Source: Octopus vulgaris
Taxonomy: Eukaryota
DNA length: 64,000 nt
Assembly: GCA_951406725.2 (NCBI GenBank)
Contig: OX597828.1
Location: 25,916,001 to 25,980,000 of the forward strand
Direction of reading: 5' to 3'
The position numbers were made by a program, and so were the translations under genes. How positions within the stretch are numbered: position 1 is the stretch's first letter; each line of letters starts with the position of its first letter. Shown here piece after piece: positions 13,251 through 27,988 of this stretch. The notes under the pieces are model-generated. The model had not been told where the DNA came from and made no database searches. It saw only the letters and a list, made by a program, of their open reading frames with translations.

Positions 13251-13849
13251 AGTATATATATATATACACACACACACATAAATATACTTATATATATGCA
13301 TACATATAAATAATATATATATATATATACATTCATGTATGTATGCAAGTATATATACGTCGGACTTGCACGCAGTGTTTTTGCCTACCAAATTTACTCT
13401 GGAGGCATTTGTGGTTCTGTGGCTTTAGCAAAAGACACTTGCTCAAGGTTCCAAAGGTTACAAAGCCAATTTCTTAACCACGCAGCCAGAGGGAAAGTAA
13501 AGAAGCTGTTTATGGACATCCACATTATGACTGATATCACACACACACACACATACACAATCACATATACGTATTCATATTTATGTACATGTGTGTATGC
13601 GCACGCGCGCGCGTGTGTGTGATAGTAATGGCACTATCATCATATTTTACACAAAAACAATTTACAAACAATGGCTGCCACCCACTTCTTCCACATTAAA
13701 CGTACATATTCATCTACTTTTTTTCCTGTCTACCTTTTACACAGTTGTAGGTGTTCGCTTTTTTTTTTTGAGAGTATTACTGTTATTTTTTGCTTACATC
13801 AGTTTCTTTCTTTTCTATTTTTGTAATATACAAAAACAATGAAAAAGAA

Positions 13850-13887
<38 letters not shown>

Positions 13888-14465
13888 CAAAAATACAGTA
13901 AAAGTATAAAAAGAAAGAAAAAAAATTTGAAGGCAATGAAACTTGAGTGCAACTTCGTCACAATAGAAAACTCAAATCTCTCGCTTGAGTAAGACTTGAC
14001 AAAAGCTTCTAGTCAGAACACTTGTGCATACGATATTCCGTCATACAATAGCTGAAGCGGACGTGGGGAAGCATGATGTGCCTTAGATACGAAACAAGCG
14101 TCAAGTTGACACAACAATAGAGGCTCAGATATCAGGATGATGTTATTGTTTGTTTCGGTAACCATAGCAACAGCATTATCTCTGTTTGACTGTTAGTTTT
14201 GTTCTGCACAACACATGTGAAGCAAATATACAAAGTGCTTGGTACATTTGACGTGTCCATTTGTATACACTTACGCCAACACACATCCGCACTTACTCTC
14301 GCATACACACACACACACACACGCACACATACACACCTGAGTTTACATCTATGTGCCCACTCATACAAACATAGATACACAAATTCATTTATCTTTTATC
14401 TTTAATCGTTTATTTGTTTCAGTCATTGGATGCGGCCACGCTGGGGCACCAGCTTGAAAAGTGAG

Positions 14466-14575
14466 AAGCTTGCAGCACTTACGTTTCCCAAGCGGTCACC
14501 CAGCAAAGTATTAACTTGGTTCGATGTTGCTTAACCCTCGGTGATCGGACAAAAACCGATGATTTCAACATACGC
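14466..14575 (-). pseudogene. 5S rRNA pseudogene or 5S-derived SINE head
   Basis: aagcttgcagcac...ttcccaagcggtcacccagcaaagtattaac...tgcttaaccctcggtgatcggac follows the reverse complement of eukaryotic 5S rRNA with many substitutions (compared from memory). Confidence 0.75.
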
Positions 14576-14769
14576 ACACCTGTATATACGCCCCCCCCCG
14601 CACCTGTAAATTAACGGTTCGGCACAAAGAACCGATAGCATAGGGACCAGGCTTTTAAACTGAATAATTACTGGGGTCGATTTGTTTAACTAAATCCTTC
14701 AGTGTGATGCCCCAGCATGTTCACAGATTAGTGGCTGAAACAAGTAAAATATAAAGGATTATGTACAAA

Positions 14770-15365
14770 TGTATGTATGTATGTATGTATGAATGTATGT
14801 ATGTACGTATGTATGTATGTATGTACGTATGTATGTATGTACGTATGTACGTATGTATGTATGTATCTATGTATGTATGTATGTATGTATGTATGTATGT
14901 ATGTATTTATGTATGCATGTATGTATGCATGTATGTATGTATGAATGTATGTATGTATGTATGTATGTATGCATGCATATATGTATGTATGTATGTATGC
15001 ATGCATGTATATATGTATGTATGTATGTACACACACATACGTGCACACATATACAAACATATACACATATAAATATGTATGAATGTATGTATGTATGCAT
15101 GCATATATGTATGTATGTATGTATGCATGCATGCATGTATATATGTATGTATGTACACACACATACGTGCACACATATACAAACATATACACATATAAAT
15201 ATACACAGATAAATACATGCATAAATGCTTACACACCCACATACATATGCATATGCAAACATACATATATACTTACATACACAACACATATATACATAAT
15301 CGCATACATATTTACATAGATACACACACACATAGATATATGCATACAGAGAGACATACATACAA
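14770..15365. repeat. (TATG)n/(CATA)n low-complexity tract with an internal duplication
   Basis: Read directly from the sequence. Confidence 0.9.
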
Positions 15366-15660
15366 GCCGTCAGATCACACGAGGCAAAAGTGTATTGTTA
15401 AAATATATAATGAGTAACATTTTCATGAAACTCAACACTTCTGTATGATTAGAAAAGGAAAAACTCCTTCTATGAATGTTTCAATTCTCAAATATTTCAC
15501 AAGGAGGGAATCTAAATCCCATCGGATCATATAACTGAAATGTGGGGGGAAATAAAAGACATCGAAACACTTTGAAAAGTGACGGCAACAGATAAGATAT
15601 AAGTAAACATTACTGCTCAGTAGACCCCTGCAGCAAGTCATATGGTACTCAGGCCAGATG

Positions 15661-15718
<58 letters not shown>

Positions 15719-15774
15719 GTGTGTGTGGGCATGTATATATGTATGAATGTATATATATATATATATATTTTTTT

Positions 15775-15857
15775 TTGTTTGTCATTTGATTGCGGCCATG
15801 CTGGAGCACCACCTTATTGAGAGCGAGTCGACCCAGGGCTTATTTTATGTAAGCCTA

Positions 15858-15893
<36 letters not shown>

Positions 15894-16055
15894 GGCGGGC
15901 TCCTTTCAGTTTCCGTCTACCAAATCCACCTACAAAGCTTTGGTCGGCCTGAGGCCATAGTAGAAGACACTTGCCCAAAGTGACAAGCAGTGGGACTGAA
16001 CTCGGAACAATGTGGCTGGGAAGCAAGCTACTTACCACACAACCACTCCTGCGCC
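15775..16055 (-). mobile_element. SINE family B
   Basis: gcggccatgctggagcacc...ttcagtttccgtctaccaaatcc...gtagaagacacttgcccaa...cttaccacac. Confidence 0.75.
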
Positions 16056-16073
16056 AAATATATATATATATAT

Positions 16074-16109
<36 letters not shown>

Positions 16110-16464
16110 TAAGGCGTGCATGCTTGTACGTTAAAGTTGTGTTAGACTACTACAAGTTTTCAAAAACATGTGTGTGTGTGTATGTATGTTCGTGCGTGTG
16201 TGTATGTTGTGAATTTTATATATATATATATATATAGATAGATAGATAGATAGATAGATATATGTATATATATATATATATGTCTGTGTATGTATATATA
16301 TATATGTATATGTATATATATGTATATATATATATATACCTATATATATATACATATATATGTGTATATATATATATATCTGCTAATTTTACGTAACTCA
16401 TTCACAACGAGGAGAGAAAAAAACTTCGTTCATAAATAACAACCGGTCTGATATTTAACAAGAC

Positions 16465-16815
16465 GTTGCTGTGATAAGAAGTTTGCTTTCAAAATCACAT
16501 GTTTCTGGTTACAATCCCACTGTGCGTGGCACCTTCAACAACTGTCTTTCTCTATAGCCCTGGGTCGAACAGAACCTTGTGGGCGAACTTAGTAGATAGA
16601 AACTGAAAAGGGCCCGTCGTATATATGTATATGTATATATATGTGTGGGTGTATGTGTCTTTGTATTTTTTCTCCACCATCGCTTGACAACTCCGTAAGG
16701 TAGTGGTTCGGCAAAAGACACCGATAAAATAAGTTCCAGGCTTAAAGAGAATGAGTACTGGCGTCGATTCGTTCGATTAAAAATCCCTTCGGGCGATACC
16801 CCATTATGACAGCAG
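16465..16815 (+). mobile_element. SINE family B
   Basis: Same blocks as 10462-10900. Confidence 0.7.
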
Positions 16816-17009
16816 TGGTCTTTGGTTCAGTCCCACTTCGGAAAGTGTCTGCTACTAAAAGATAATAAAGATTATTCCTTAATCTACAACCTTCTGAAAT
16901 AAAATAGTAGTTTCAAGTCTTTGCCTTTTTTGGCTTCAAACTTACATATTTTTCTGACACTGGCTAAATATAGGCCCTGGCGTGTCTGCATGGTTAAGAA
17001 TAGACGCAT

Positions 17010-17652
17010 GCGTGGCTGTATGCTTAAGAAACTTGCTTCCTAACCACGTGGTCTTTGGTTCAGTCCCACTTCGGAAAGTGTCTGCTACTACAGCCTCTGG
17101 CCGACTAAAGCTTTGTGAGTGGATTTGATAGACTAAAATTGAAAAATACCTATCGTACGCTTTTACACACACACACACACACGTACGCACATGCATACAT
17201 ACATATGTGTGTATTTATATGTTTCTCCACGATAGATCGCTAGTCACTAAACCTGTTTTATTTTCTCTCCCTGTTTATTTCTGTGTTTCTGTCTGTAGAA
17301 GAGCATAGGCTCGAAACATAAAAGACTTTCTCACTTCTCGAGCGTTAAACCAATACATTTGTTTCTTGTTTACACACCCGTCTTCGTCTTTTGTATTTTT
17401 GTAAATTCTCACTGTGTGTGTGTGTGTGTGTATGTGTGTGTATGTTTTTGTGTTCGTGATGTATTCATTCCACCACAGCTGCTCGAGAACCAGTGTTGGT
17501 TTGTCCACGTCCCCGTAACCTGACGGTTCAGCAAAAGAGATCAATAACACAGATACCAGATTTCAGGAGAAAAGAAGTACTTGATTTGTTCGACTAAACT
17601 TTTGAATGCAGTGCTCCAGCATGGCCCCAGTGCAATGACTGAAACAAGAAAA
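17010..17652 (+). mobile_element. SINE family B interrupted by a Penelope pLTR fragment
   Basis: SINE head 17010-17160 and tail 17450-17652 flank the insert at 17225-17412. Confidence 0.65.
17225..17412 (+). mobile_element. Solo Penelope-like pLTR fragment with minimal hammerhead variant
   Basis: CTGTAGA-A-GAGC-ATAG-GCTC-GAAA-CATA-AAAGAC at 17293-17326. Homologous to the reverse complement of 56770-56960. Confidence 0.75.
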
Positions 17653-18066
17653 AAATGAAGGAAAAAAACAAACAAACAAACAAACAAAAAAGAACAGTTT
17701 CTTTTTACAAATTTTCCTTCTTTTCGTTAAATAATAACATAGTGTTTGTCTTTACATGAGTAAATATCAACAGTAATTTTGGGCCGCGTAAACATTTGCA
17801 GTTTTTTTCTTACCGTATTTCTCTCATTCATGCTTCACTGTTAATGCCACGTGATGAATAACGCGTTTTTAAACTGTCACGAACGACAAATACATGTAAA
17901 ATTAAAATATTGCATGAGATGCTTGAGAAAGGTCCCTTATGAGATTGAGCAAAACGGAGGAAAATAAGGAAAATTTGAAAATTGCTTTCTACATTTAATC
18001 AGCTTACGTCATATTTCGTCATACCTCAATATTATATTAGTTATACATACATATATACATATATGC

Positions 18067-18105
<39 letters not shown>

Positions 18106-18410
18106 GTTGTATGGTATTAGTGTTTGATATTTGCGTATGTAGGTGTGCGTGTGTGTGTGTGTAAGCATGTATGACTCTGTGTGTGTGTATTGAGCGTGTG
18201 TGTGTGTGCGTGTGTGCGCGCGGGTGAATAGAAACTGAAAGACTAGTAATTGCAGTGTGTGTCTCTCACCCTCTACACACACTCATACGCGCACTTTTCT
18301 CTCGTCTTCCTTTTCCTCACTTCTCTTTCCGCCCCTACATACGCTGGCACAAGCACACGCACTCATGAATATGCATACACACACACACATGCTCACACAC
18401 ACACACACAT

Positions 18411-18445
<35 letters not shown>

Positions 18446-18508
18446 AATCATTAAATCTTTAAATTGTTTCAGCGCCAAAGCTGCGGTCATGCTGGGGCAC
18501 CACCGTTC

Positions 18509-18599
<91 letters not shown>

Positions 18600-18789
18600 T
18601 GTATAACCAAACAAAGAAGTGGAGACTGAGTTGATATTTTGCAGAAAATAAAGGCAACCTCGAATGCTGAATAGCTGTGAGGGCAGCTTAGAAGATCGGG
18701 TAAATTACACTTAGAAAACGATTCAATTTTCTAAGCGGTTTTCTCAACTATTCTCCGTTCGAGGTTGTCTTTGTTTTCTGTAATATTTT

Positions 18790-19390
18790 CTGTCTTCCTG
18801 AATGTTAAAACTAACATAAGTTAAAAACTCCTGTGTCTCTTAGATAAAAATTTCCCAGAAAATCACAAACACAGAAAGATTTTCAACAGACGCTCAATTA
18901 AATTATCATAAAGCTGATGTTCCAGAATGAAAAGCATAATTACCTTGCAAACATTACCAAGAGCCCACTCACAGTTGTAACTGTCGAGACGATGGAGCTT
19001 GTCTAATTCAGCAGGGGTGCACGATTAACTCTGTCATATATAAGGTAGAAGTTACATGACGACCAAATCAAAAAGAATTACATCGCGTTGTCCGAAGACG
19101 ACTTCAAATGTCGCCATGCTAACCACCTATCTTCTTTCCGGCACATGGATAAAAGTAAAGCCACTAAGTTCCTTTGAAGACCAACACCACGACGCACACA
19201 ATCATGTGAAGAATCGTAAAAAATCTATCCCATATATTAATGAATCAAAAATCATGCCCGTTATGCGCAACTGAAAGATCACATATTTTTAGATCTAAGA
19301 ATTCCACCGCACTGCAGAATTCCAGATCAGAAATTTTCAGCAAATGTAAACATATGGTCAAATTTCTTTTGGCGAAATGGAGAACACCAC
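18790..19390 (+). mobile_element. Decayed Penelope-like element, GIY-YIG region
   Basis: Frameshifted remnants NVKTNI, LDKNFPENHKHRKIFNR, CNCR...C, SVIYK, KNYI and the C-terminal NSRSEIFSKCKHMVKFLL. Confidence 0.75.
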
Positions 19391-19573
19391 CCTCTCTGTA
19401 TTGCAGACTTTGGGTTTCCATCATTTTCCATCCCATTGGCTTGATAGTTCCGGGTCAATAAGCTCTGATCTCGAGCAGCCAATGTAAAGCCTTAACCCTC
19501 TGCCTTTAGCCTTGAACTCTGTAGCTACTGATGGGTATACTTCCGGTCTACATGAGCTTGTTTGCTACGGGCC

Positions 19574-19960
<387 letters not shown>

Positions 19961-20635
19961 TTTCCTTCTTTCTTCAAATTTTCTTCCGTTTCTCGCCGAG
20001 TACTTTCCGTACACCTAGGGCAGAGAAGTTCATTGTATGCATTCCCAGATTGCACACGCAAATTCACAGGTAAAATATGTATTTAAAAAATTAATAAATA
20101 AATAAATTCATGAATGGATGTTATTTTCACAACGATAATGCTCTTCTCAGTACATGAGCCGTTCCAGTTAACAGGGTTTTTTGCATTTCCTGTAGGAATG
20201 GTAAGCCTGGTATCATTTTCAAATAGGTTTCAGTACTTTTTTTTATCATTCCTAGAGCTCCTACAATCACTGGTACTGTAGTCGCCTTGAGATGCCACAT
20301 TTTTTCAATTTCTATTAGCAAGTCTTTATATTTACTGATCTTGTCAAATTCTTTCGCCGCTATATTGAGATCGCAAGGAATACTCATGTCAGTTAATAAA
20401 CACATCTTTTTTGTCTGACCTTTTATAATATCCGGTTTATTAGCTTTTATGGTTTTTTCGGTATGTACGGGGAAGTCCCATAGAATCGACACATTTTCTC
20501 CCTCAGTCACAGCTTCAGGATGGTGTTTATACCATTTGTCAGCGGTTTTGATTTTACAATGCCGACATATTGTGCAGTGTAAATACTGGCCGACTCTGTC
20601 ATGTCTTGCTTTATATTCTACAGGTGCTAAGACTC
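19961..20635 (-). mobile_element. R4/Dong-type non-LTR 3' fragment with an open RLE domain
   Basis: YKARHDRV...WYKHHPE...ILWDF...NKPDII...DMSIP...KISKYKDL...VPVIVGALG, i.e. the RHD and PD-(D/E)xK motifs. (TAA)n on both sides. Confidence 0.9.
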
Positions 20636-20660
20636 TATTATTATTATTATTATTATTATT

Positions 20661-20846
20661 CTGTTTGACTTTTGCTTTATATTTGTACAAGTTGGCTCCA
20701 AGTCTCACCCAGAGACCTCAAGAGACAACAGGTTGGAAGTTCATGTTGTTGTTATACCTATTGTACCATATATTTGGGGTGGGTGGGTGTTGTACTAATG
20801 AATGTCTAAAAAAAAAAATTTTTTTTTTAAACCGAAAATTATGTTG

Positions 20847-20850
<4 letters not shown>
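20661..20850 (-). mobile_element. R4/Dong-type 3' UTR-only fragment
   Basis: Reverse complement of 26430-26611. (TAA)n on both sides. Confidence 0.75.
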
Positions 20851-20922
<72 letters not shown>

Positions 20923-20951
20923 CATTATTATTATCATTATTATTATTATTA

Positions 20952-21045
<94 letters not shown>

Positions 21046-21061
21046 CATCATCATCATCAAA

Positions 21062-21226
21062 ATTCTTAGCGGTATTTCGTTCTGAGTTCAAATTCTGCCG
21101 AGGTCGACTTTGCCTTTCATCCTTTCGGGTCGATAAATTAAGTACCAGTTGCGTACTGGGGTCGAGTTAATCGTCTGGACCCCTTCCCAAAAAAATGTTG
21201 GGCTTTGTGCCTAAAGTAGAAAAGAA
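21062..21226 (+). mobile_element. SINE family A, 5'-truncated
   Basis: ttctgagttcaaattctgccgaggtcgactttgcctttcatcc core. Confidence 0.85.
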
Positions 21227-21473
21227 TATTTTTCTATAAAAATGCCTGTGATGCGGGCAATCTTTGGCATCACCTAATTACCTAAATAGGACGCAAGAGC
21301 GATTGGGGAGATTAATTGAAATGGATCGATAGTATTGGATGCAACAAACATTAATATATCCACGAATATAGGAAAAGCGGTTTTTATGACGTACCTGTTA
21401 TTTTACACACACACACATACACACACATGCATGTATACATGGATATATGTATGTATGTGCATTTAACAAGCCG

Positions 21474-21620
21474 TTGCTGTGTGATAAGAAGTTTGCTTTC
21501 AAAATCACATGGTTCTGGTTTGAATCCCACTGTACGTGGCACCTTCAACAACTGTCTTTCACTATAGCCCTGGGTCGAACAGAACCTTGTCGGTGAACTT
21601 AGTAGATGGAAACTGAAATG
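21474..21620 (+). mobile_element. SINE family B head, near-duplicate of 16465-16610
   Basis: Shares the upstream atttaacaag and several private variants. Confidence 0.75.
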
Positions 21621-21913
21621 TAACAGTTCTCGCTTGAAACTCGAAGCACGAGACCAATCTTCAGCTTCAGTTTCAACAGACAAAACCAATTTACACAAAC
21701 ACACACACGCACACACAGACACGCATACATAGGTACATACATTTATAGGGTTAGGTATTTATATATTTTTGATAGGAATATATGTTTTTGCATATACGTG
21801 CCTTATACATGTGTGCGCGCGCGTGTATGCATGCATGTAAATAGTCATGTGCACAGATATGCATGTTTGCATTCTAATGTAAATATATATATATGTATAT
21901 ATATGTGTATATA

Positions 21914-22280
21914 CTGTTGTGTCTGGGGAGAGTCATTTTCTTTTTTGTGCCTTATTATGTAACACACTCAGCGGTAAAATTTCCACGTTCTTCTTATTTT
22001 TATTGTCCTAAAATTTTCGTTGCGTCTTGCAACCTTTTCAATAGTTTTGACTCAATAATTTTGACTCAATAGTTTTGAGTGAAGACTATTGAAAAGGTTG
22101 CAAGACGCAACGAAAATTTTAGGGAAATCAAAATAAGAAAAAAAAAACGTGGAAATTTTACCGGTGAGTGTGTTACATAATAAGGCACAAAAAAAATTAC
22201 TCTCCCCAGACACAACAGAATATGCTTCAACACACGAACTCATATAAAGAATCTTGCAAACCAAATCCAAAAACGAAATA
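21914..22280. repeat. Foldback repeat (~135-bp arms) in TA-rich DNA; second family member at 27717-27915
   Basis: ctgttgtgtctggggagagt...ttttcaatagt is mirrored by actattgaaaagg...actctccccagacacaacag. Confidence 0.88.
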
Positions 22281-22489
22281 TGTGTATATAATTTTATGTA
22301 TATTAATGTTTGTGTGTTCAATTCTAATAAAAACACTTTTACATAAATGTAATGGATTACTCGATATTTTTGTAAAGTATAAATTATCATTTTTATTCGA
22401 GAATGTTGTTGACAGTGACTTCAAAGTATCAGCCAGCTAAGACATCATCGGAATACATCGTATGCACATATATATTTTATATCGATGCT

Positions 22490-23009
22490 TACATGCATAT
22501 ATACATACACACATACATACATTCACACATGCGTACATGCATACATACATGCATGCATACATACATAGATACATACATACCTACACACATGCATATATGG
22601 ATACATGCATACATGGATACATACATACACACGTGCATACATACAGAGACATACATGCATACATGCATACTAGTATATAAGCATACATGCATACATACAT
22701 ATATGCATACACATACATACGTACACACATGCATACATGCATACATACATACATACATACATACATACACACATGCATACACACATGCATACATGCATAC
22801 AAGCATACATGCATACATACATACATGCATACACATACATACATACACGCATGCATACATGCATACAAGCATACATGCATACTTACATACGTACACATAC
22901 ATACATACACACATGCATACATGCATACATGCATACATGCATACACACATACATGCATACATGCATACATACACACATAGATACATACATACATACATAC
23001 ATACATACA

Positions 23010-23040
<31 letters not shown>
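22490..23040. repeat. (TACA)n/(TGCA) low-complexity tract
   Basis: Read directly from the sequence. Confidence 0.93.
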
Positions 23041-23567
23041 GTAGAAGGGGCTGTGGACAATGAAATATAGTCACGAAGTGAATAAAGGGGGAAGAGAAAG
23101 CAGAAAAACAAATGCAACGATGGAGAAGGAGAAAGAAACGAAGTAAGAGAAATGAGAAGAGGAGTGAGAGGAGACGAGATGTGGAAGTGGGAGGTGTAAG
23201 GGTTACAGAGAGATAAGAGAAGAAAGTGTACAAGGTCTCGGTGTGAAGTGGAGAAAGTGAGGAAAAAGAAAGTAGGAGGAGGAGGAGGAAGAGGAGAGGC
23301 TCAAATGAGTCGGTGATTGGGTGTGGGTGCGTGTGTGTGTGTGTGTGTGTGTATGTGCATACTGAAAAAGGTGTAATATATACGCGAGAATATGAGCATA
23401 TGTGTGTGCATATATGTGTGTGTATGCACGAATATATAAATGTGAACTATTTATATGTCTATATACACATACATACACACACACACACACATATATATAC
23501 ATATGTATGTGTGTGTGTATGTATATATATATATATATATTTATATATATTTACATGTATGTATGTA

Positions 23568-23598
<31 letters not shown>

Positions 23599-23613
23599 TT
23601 ATATATACATATG

Positions 23614-23662
<49 letters not shown>

Positions 23663-24064
23663 TTATATATATTTACATGTATGTATGTATATATATATAT
23701 ATATACATGAAGCATCCTCACCCTCAATAGTGATAATAAAAGGTTAAAAGTATTTTAAATATGAAAGGGTGTGTTTGCAAACACAGAAAGGTGTACACAC
23801 ACACACACATGTGCGTACATACACAAATGCACACACACACACATACACATGCATACACACACACACACACACAGACATATATGTATATGTACATGTATAT
23901 ATGCGTGTATGTGTGTGCGAAGAAAGTAAGAAATAGTGACTGAGTTTGGGAATAAGATGTTTCGACTTTCGTCGGTTGTCGTCGTCGTCGTCGTAGTCGT
24001 CGTCGTAGTCATGGTAGTAGTGATTTCGGATACATTGACAGTGGCGGTGGCGGCGGAGGTGTTG

Positions 24065-24099
<35 letters not shown>

Positions 24100-24870
24100 T
24101 GTGGTGGTGGTGGTGGTGGTGGTGGTGGGATTGGACGTGGTAGCAGCGGTGCTAGCGGTTGAAAATGTCGAGGATGTTATGCCGAAATGAAACTGATAGA
24201 AAGACACCATCTGGTGCCAGATCTGTTCATGCCATCCGGATATCCTCTTACCTACCAGCTACCCTTATGTCATTGATCTGTACTGTCGTCACCAACCGTG
24301 TACACCAACACCACTCCCAGCCACGTCAACAGCTTACAAACAACACGTCCTGGCGCCATATTGAAAGGCACGTTTTGTTTTATGATAGGCTACCACTGCA
24401 GGTTAATGACACCGGTGTGTGTGTGTGTGTGTGTGTGTAGGCGATAGTGGTATTGTTTCTTTGCTGGCTGGTTGGTTGGTTGGTTGGTTGGTTGATGTTT
24501 TGGATGGATGGTTAGGTGGTAGGGTGGGTGGGGTAACTTACGTTGTTTGTGATGCAGGTGGGAGATGCAGAAGATTCGGAGGTATGATGAAATATACAGA
24601 GAATTATGTGGTGTATATGTGTGTGTGTGTACGTGTATGTGTGTGTATATATATGTATATAAGTGTACGTGTATGTGTGTGTGTGTGTGTGTGTGTATCT
24701 GTCTAATTACTTTTTCTATATATCAATCTATCGCTATGTCTGTCTATCTGTCTATCTATCTATCTATCTATCTATCTATATGTGTGTGTGTGTGTGAGTC
24801 TTTGCATATGCTCATATCTGGATATCCATCAATGTATCTATACATTAATCGTTCTACCACAATCTCTATT

Positions 24871-24903
<33 letters not shown>

Positions 24904-24922
24904 TTGTATATACATAAATATA

Positions 24923-24993
<71 letters not shown>

Positions 24994-25149
24994 ATATATA
25001 TGTATACATGTATGTATGTATGTGTGTATATATATATATATACACACACATACATATATATATACGTACACATACACACACTCAGGCAAGTGAGCAAGTG
25101 CAAAGATACGGAAAAAATTACATAGGACTCATTTTTTACATGTAAAACT

Positions 25150-25822
25150 CCGACATATGGGTAGTGAGTTTACTCTGCCCAATATACGACGTATTCCACT
25201 GTAACAAATTATCTGACATGTTGCTGAAACCTTTCCTGAAACTTATACTGAACTTTATGAGAGACGATATTGATATATTCAATAATATGCTAAATATATT
25301 AAACGAATATAGATATAGTACTTTGTTTGGTGTCTCGAATTTATGCAGTTATATTTCACACACTGAATTTGAGGTATTACGTATTGGCCAAACTCATTAA
25401 CCTATGTTTTACCAGACCGTATTGATAAGAAATGCATTATAGATGGACGTCAGGCTCAGTTTCAGGCTCACCCATCTAACAAATGGTACAGCTATGGGTC
25501 TTACATTTGCGCCCACATATGCAAACCTAGTTTGAAATATGAACTAAACATTCATAAATGACCCTCACCCGTATTTGGAAATGCTTTTAGTTAGTTAAAG
25601 GAAACTGCAAAATATTCTTGGATGACTGCTATATATTTTGGAGAGCGAATCCTGATCAGCGGGATGAATTTTAAAATGTAAGCAGTATAAGCACTCACAT
25701 TAGATTTACTATTGAACACAGCAACGAAAAACTTGTTTTCTTTAATATACTGGAAATAAAGCGCAATATGAATTCAAGCTGATAATTACTTTAAAACTAC
25801 AGACTCAAGATAATACCTACTG
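25150..25822 (+). mobile_element. Decayed Penelope-like reverse transcriptase remnant
   Basis: GTAMGLTFAPTYANLV, FLDDCYIF, RFTIEHSNEKL and YFKTTDS motifs, broken by stops and frameshifts. Confidence 0.8.
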
Positions 25823-25937
25823 CTTATATCATGCTATCCAAACAATAACTACAACAGAAACAGCAGCAGCAGCAGAAGCAGCAACAACAGCACCAACAAC
25901 AACAATAACAACAGTAGCAACAGTAATAACAACAACA

Positions 25938-26050
<113 letters not shown>

Positions 26051-26610
26051 CACATCTCACTCCTCTGGAATTTCACCATTCAAACTGACAGAAAGGTAGA
26101 TGCGAATAGGCCAGACATCATATTCAAAGACTTCAGACAAAAATCATGCCTCCTCATTGATATGATTGTCCCAATCGATATAAACATATCTGTCAAGACC
26201 TACCATAAACTAAGTAAATATAAAGATCTTGAAATAGAAATTAGCAAAATGTGGAACCTGAAGACTAAAACAATACCTCTTGTCATAGGTGCCCTGGGAA
26301 TGATAACAACAGGGGCTGATTACTACCTAGCTCAGATACCAGGAAACCCCCAAATGGCAGAAATTCAAAAGATAGTACTCATGGAAACTGCTCATATCCT
26401 ACACAAAATACTTCCTATGTAATCTCAAGTTTTAAAACAAACATAATTTTCTTGTGGTTTCTTAAACATTCTCTAGACCAACACTATGTACAAAACTAAA
26501 TATATGGCACCCTAGGCATAACACCAACATGAACTTCCAAGTTGTTGTCTCTTGAGGTCTCTGGGTGAGACTTGGAGCCAACTTGTACACATGTAAAGCA
26601 AAAGTCAAAC

Positions 26611-26611
<1 letters not shown>
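26051..26611 (+). mobile_element. R4/Dong-type non-LTR 3' fragment
   Basis: LLWNFTIQTDRKVDANRPDII...LLIDMIVP...KLSKYKDLEIEISKMW...IPLVIGALG. Flanked by (TGA)n/(TAA)n. Confidence 0.9.
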
Positions 26612-26689
<78 letters not shown>

Positions 26690-26699
26690 AATAATAATG

Positions 26700-26752
<53 letters not shown>

Positions 26753-26773
26753 TATAATGATAATAATAATAAT

Positions 26774-26846
<73 letters not shown>

Positions 26847-27232
26847 GGCTACAGCAAATATTCTGCTCAATACCACAGATTTGTTTGTCAGTAGACTTAA
26901 CCAGTTGAACATTGTCCCATCTCTGACAACGTGCAGTAGTGGGGAGCATCATATTCATGTGGTGAGAGGAATTCTTTGGAGTCTGAATAATTCACCCCTG
27001 GAAACATGGGTGTTTCGTTCAACATCCTTAAACAAAAAATTCTAACTGAGCCCCACTTGCAAGGTCATGTGCTGTTTATCTTGATATAAGATCACCATGT
27101 TGCGCACAGATGGTTGTGATGCATGTGTCTGGTATACCTTTATCAGACTGGTAGTCATGATGAGTATATTGGCTTTCGTATATTTGTATCCCAGTGTCAC
27201 TTTGATGACATGCACTGCTATCTCACTCATAA
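26847..27232. repeat. Unclassified insert bounded by TAA repeats
   Basis: Complex sequence starting at the end of a (TAA)n tract and ending in taataat. Confidence 0.3.
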
Positions 27233-27681
27233 TAATTGCATTAACATTCCTTATAACTTAGCGATACGAATTTGTACAATGTCCTCGAATCATTCAACAA
27301 GAGATTACAGTCATTGAAAGTATATGGGACAAGCAAAATGTTTACCAATGAGAAAGTTGTTACTGATGTCTACAGGCTTGCTGGCGTGCGTGCGCGTCCA
27401 TTTCTCTGTATATTGTAAAAATAAGTAAGTCTTTTATTCTCAAATAAATTGCACTTCATATTCGAGACTCCGATCAAACTATAGGACGTGATTCAGGCGC
27501 ACAACTAAGCGTCCATTGCATTTCAAAGAAGAAACAACTGTATGCTAACTGTATTCATAACAAAATCATTCTTTTCCCGTGTCATCTCTTTTTGTCATTG
27601 CCATTCTATACTCACCGAACACTTTGTTCTGAAACATACGTATATTAACTTCCACATACATAGTTCTATATATATCTTGCG

Positions 27682-27716
<35 letters not shown>

Positions 27717-27721
<5 letters not shown>

Positions 27722-27913
27722 CGGTTTTGGATTTGGTTTGCAAGATTCTTTATATGAGTTCGTGTGTTGAAGCATATTCTGTTGTGTCTGGGGAGAGTCA
27801 TTTTCTTTTTGTGCCTTATGATATAACACACTCACCGGTAAAATTTCCACTTTTTTCTTATTTTTAATTTCCTAAAATTTTCGTTGCGTCTTGCAACCTT
27901 TTCAATAGTTTTG

Positions 27914-27915
<2 letters not shown>
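27717..27915 (-). repeat. Single-arm copy of the 21914-22280 repeat, in (TA)n
   Basis: Reverse complement of ~22085-22280. Confidence 0.88.

Positions 27916-27977
<62 letters not shown>

Positions 27978-27988
<11 letters not shown>

Noticed and set aside
19521-19570. Hammerhead-like stretch after the decayed Penelope ORF (gtagc..ctgatgg...gctac)
   Set aside because: The core is CUGAUGG and there is no GAAA. It is too degraded to call, although the position fits a pLTR.
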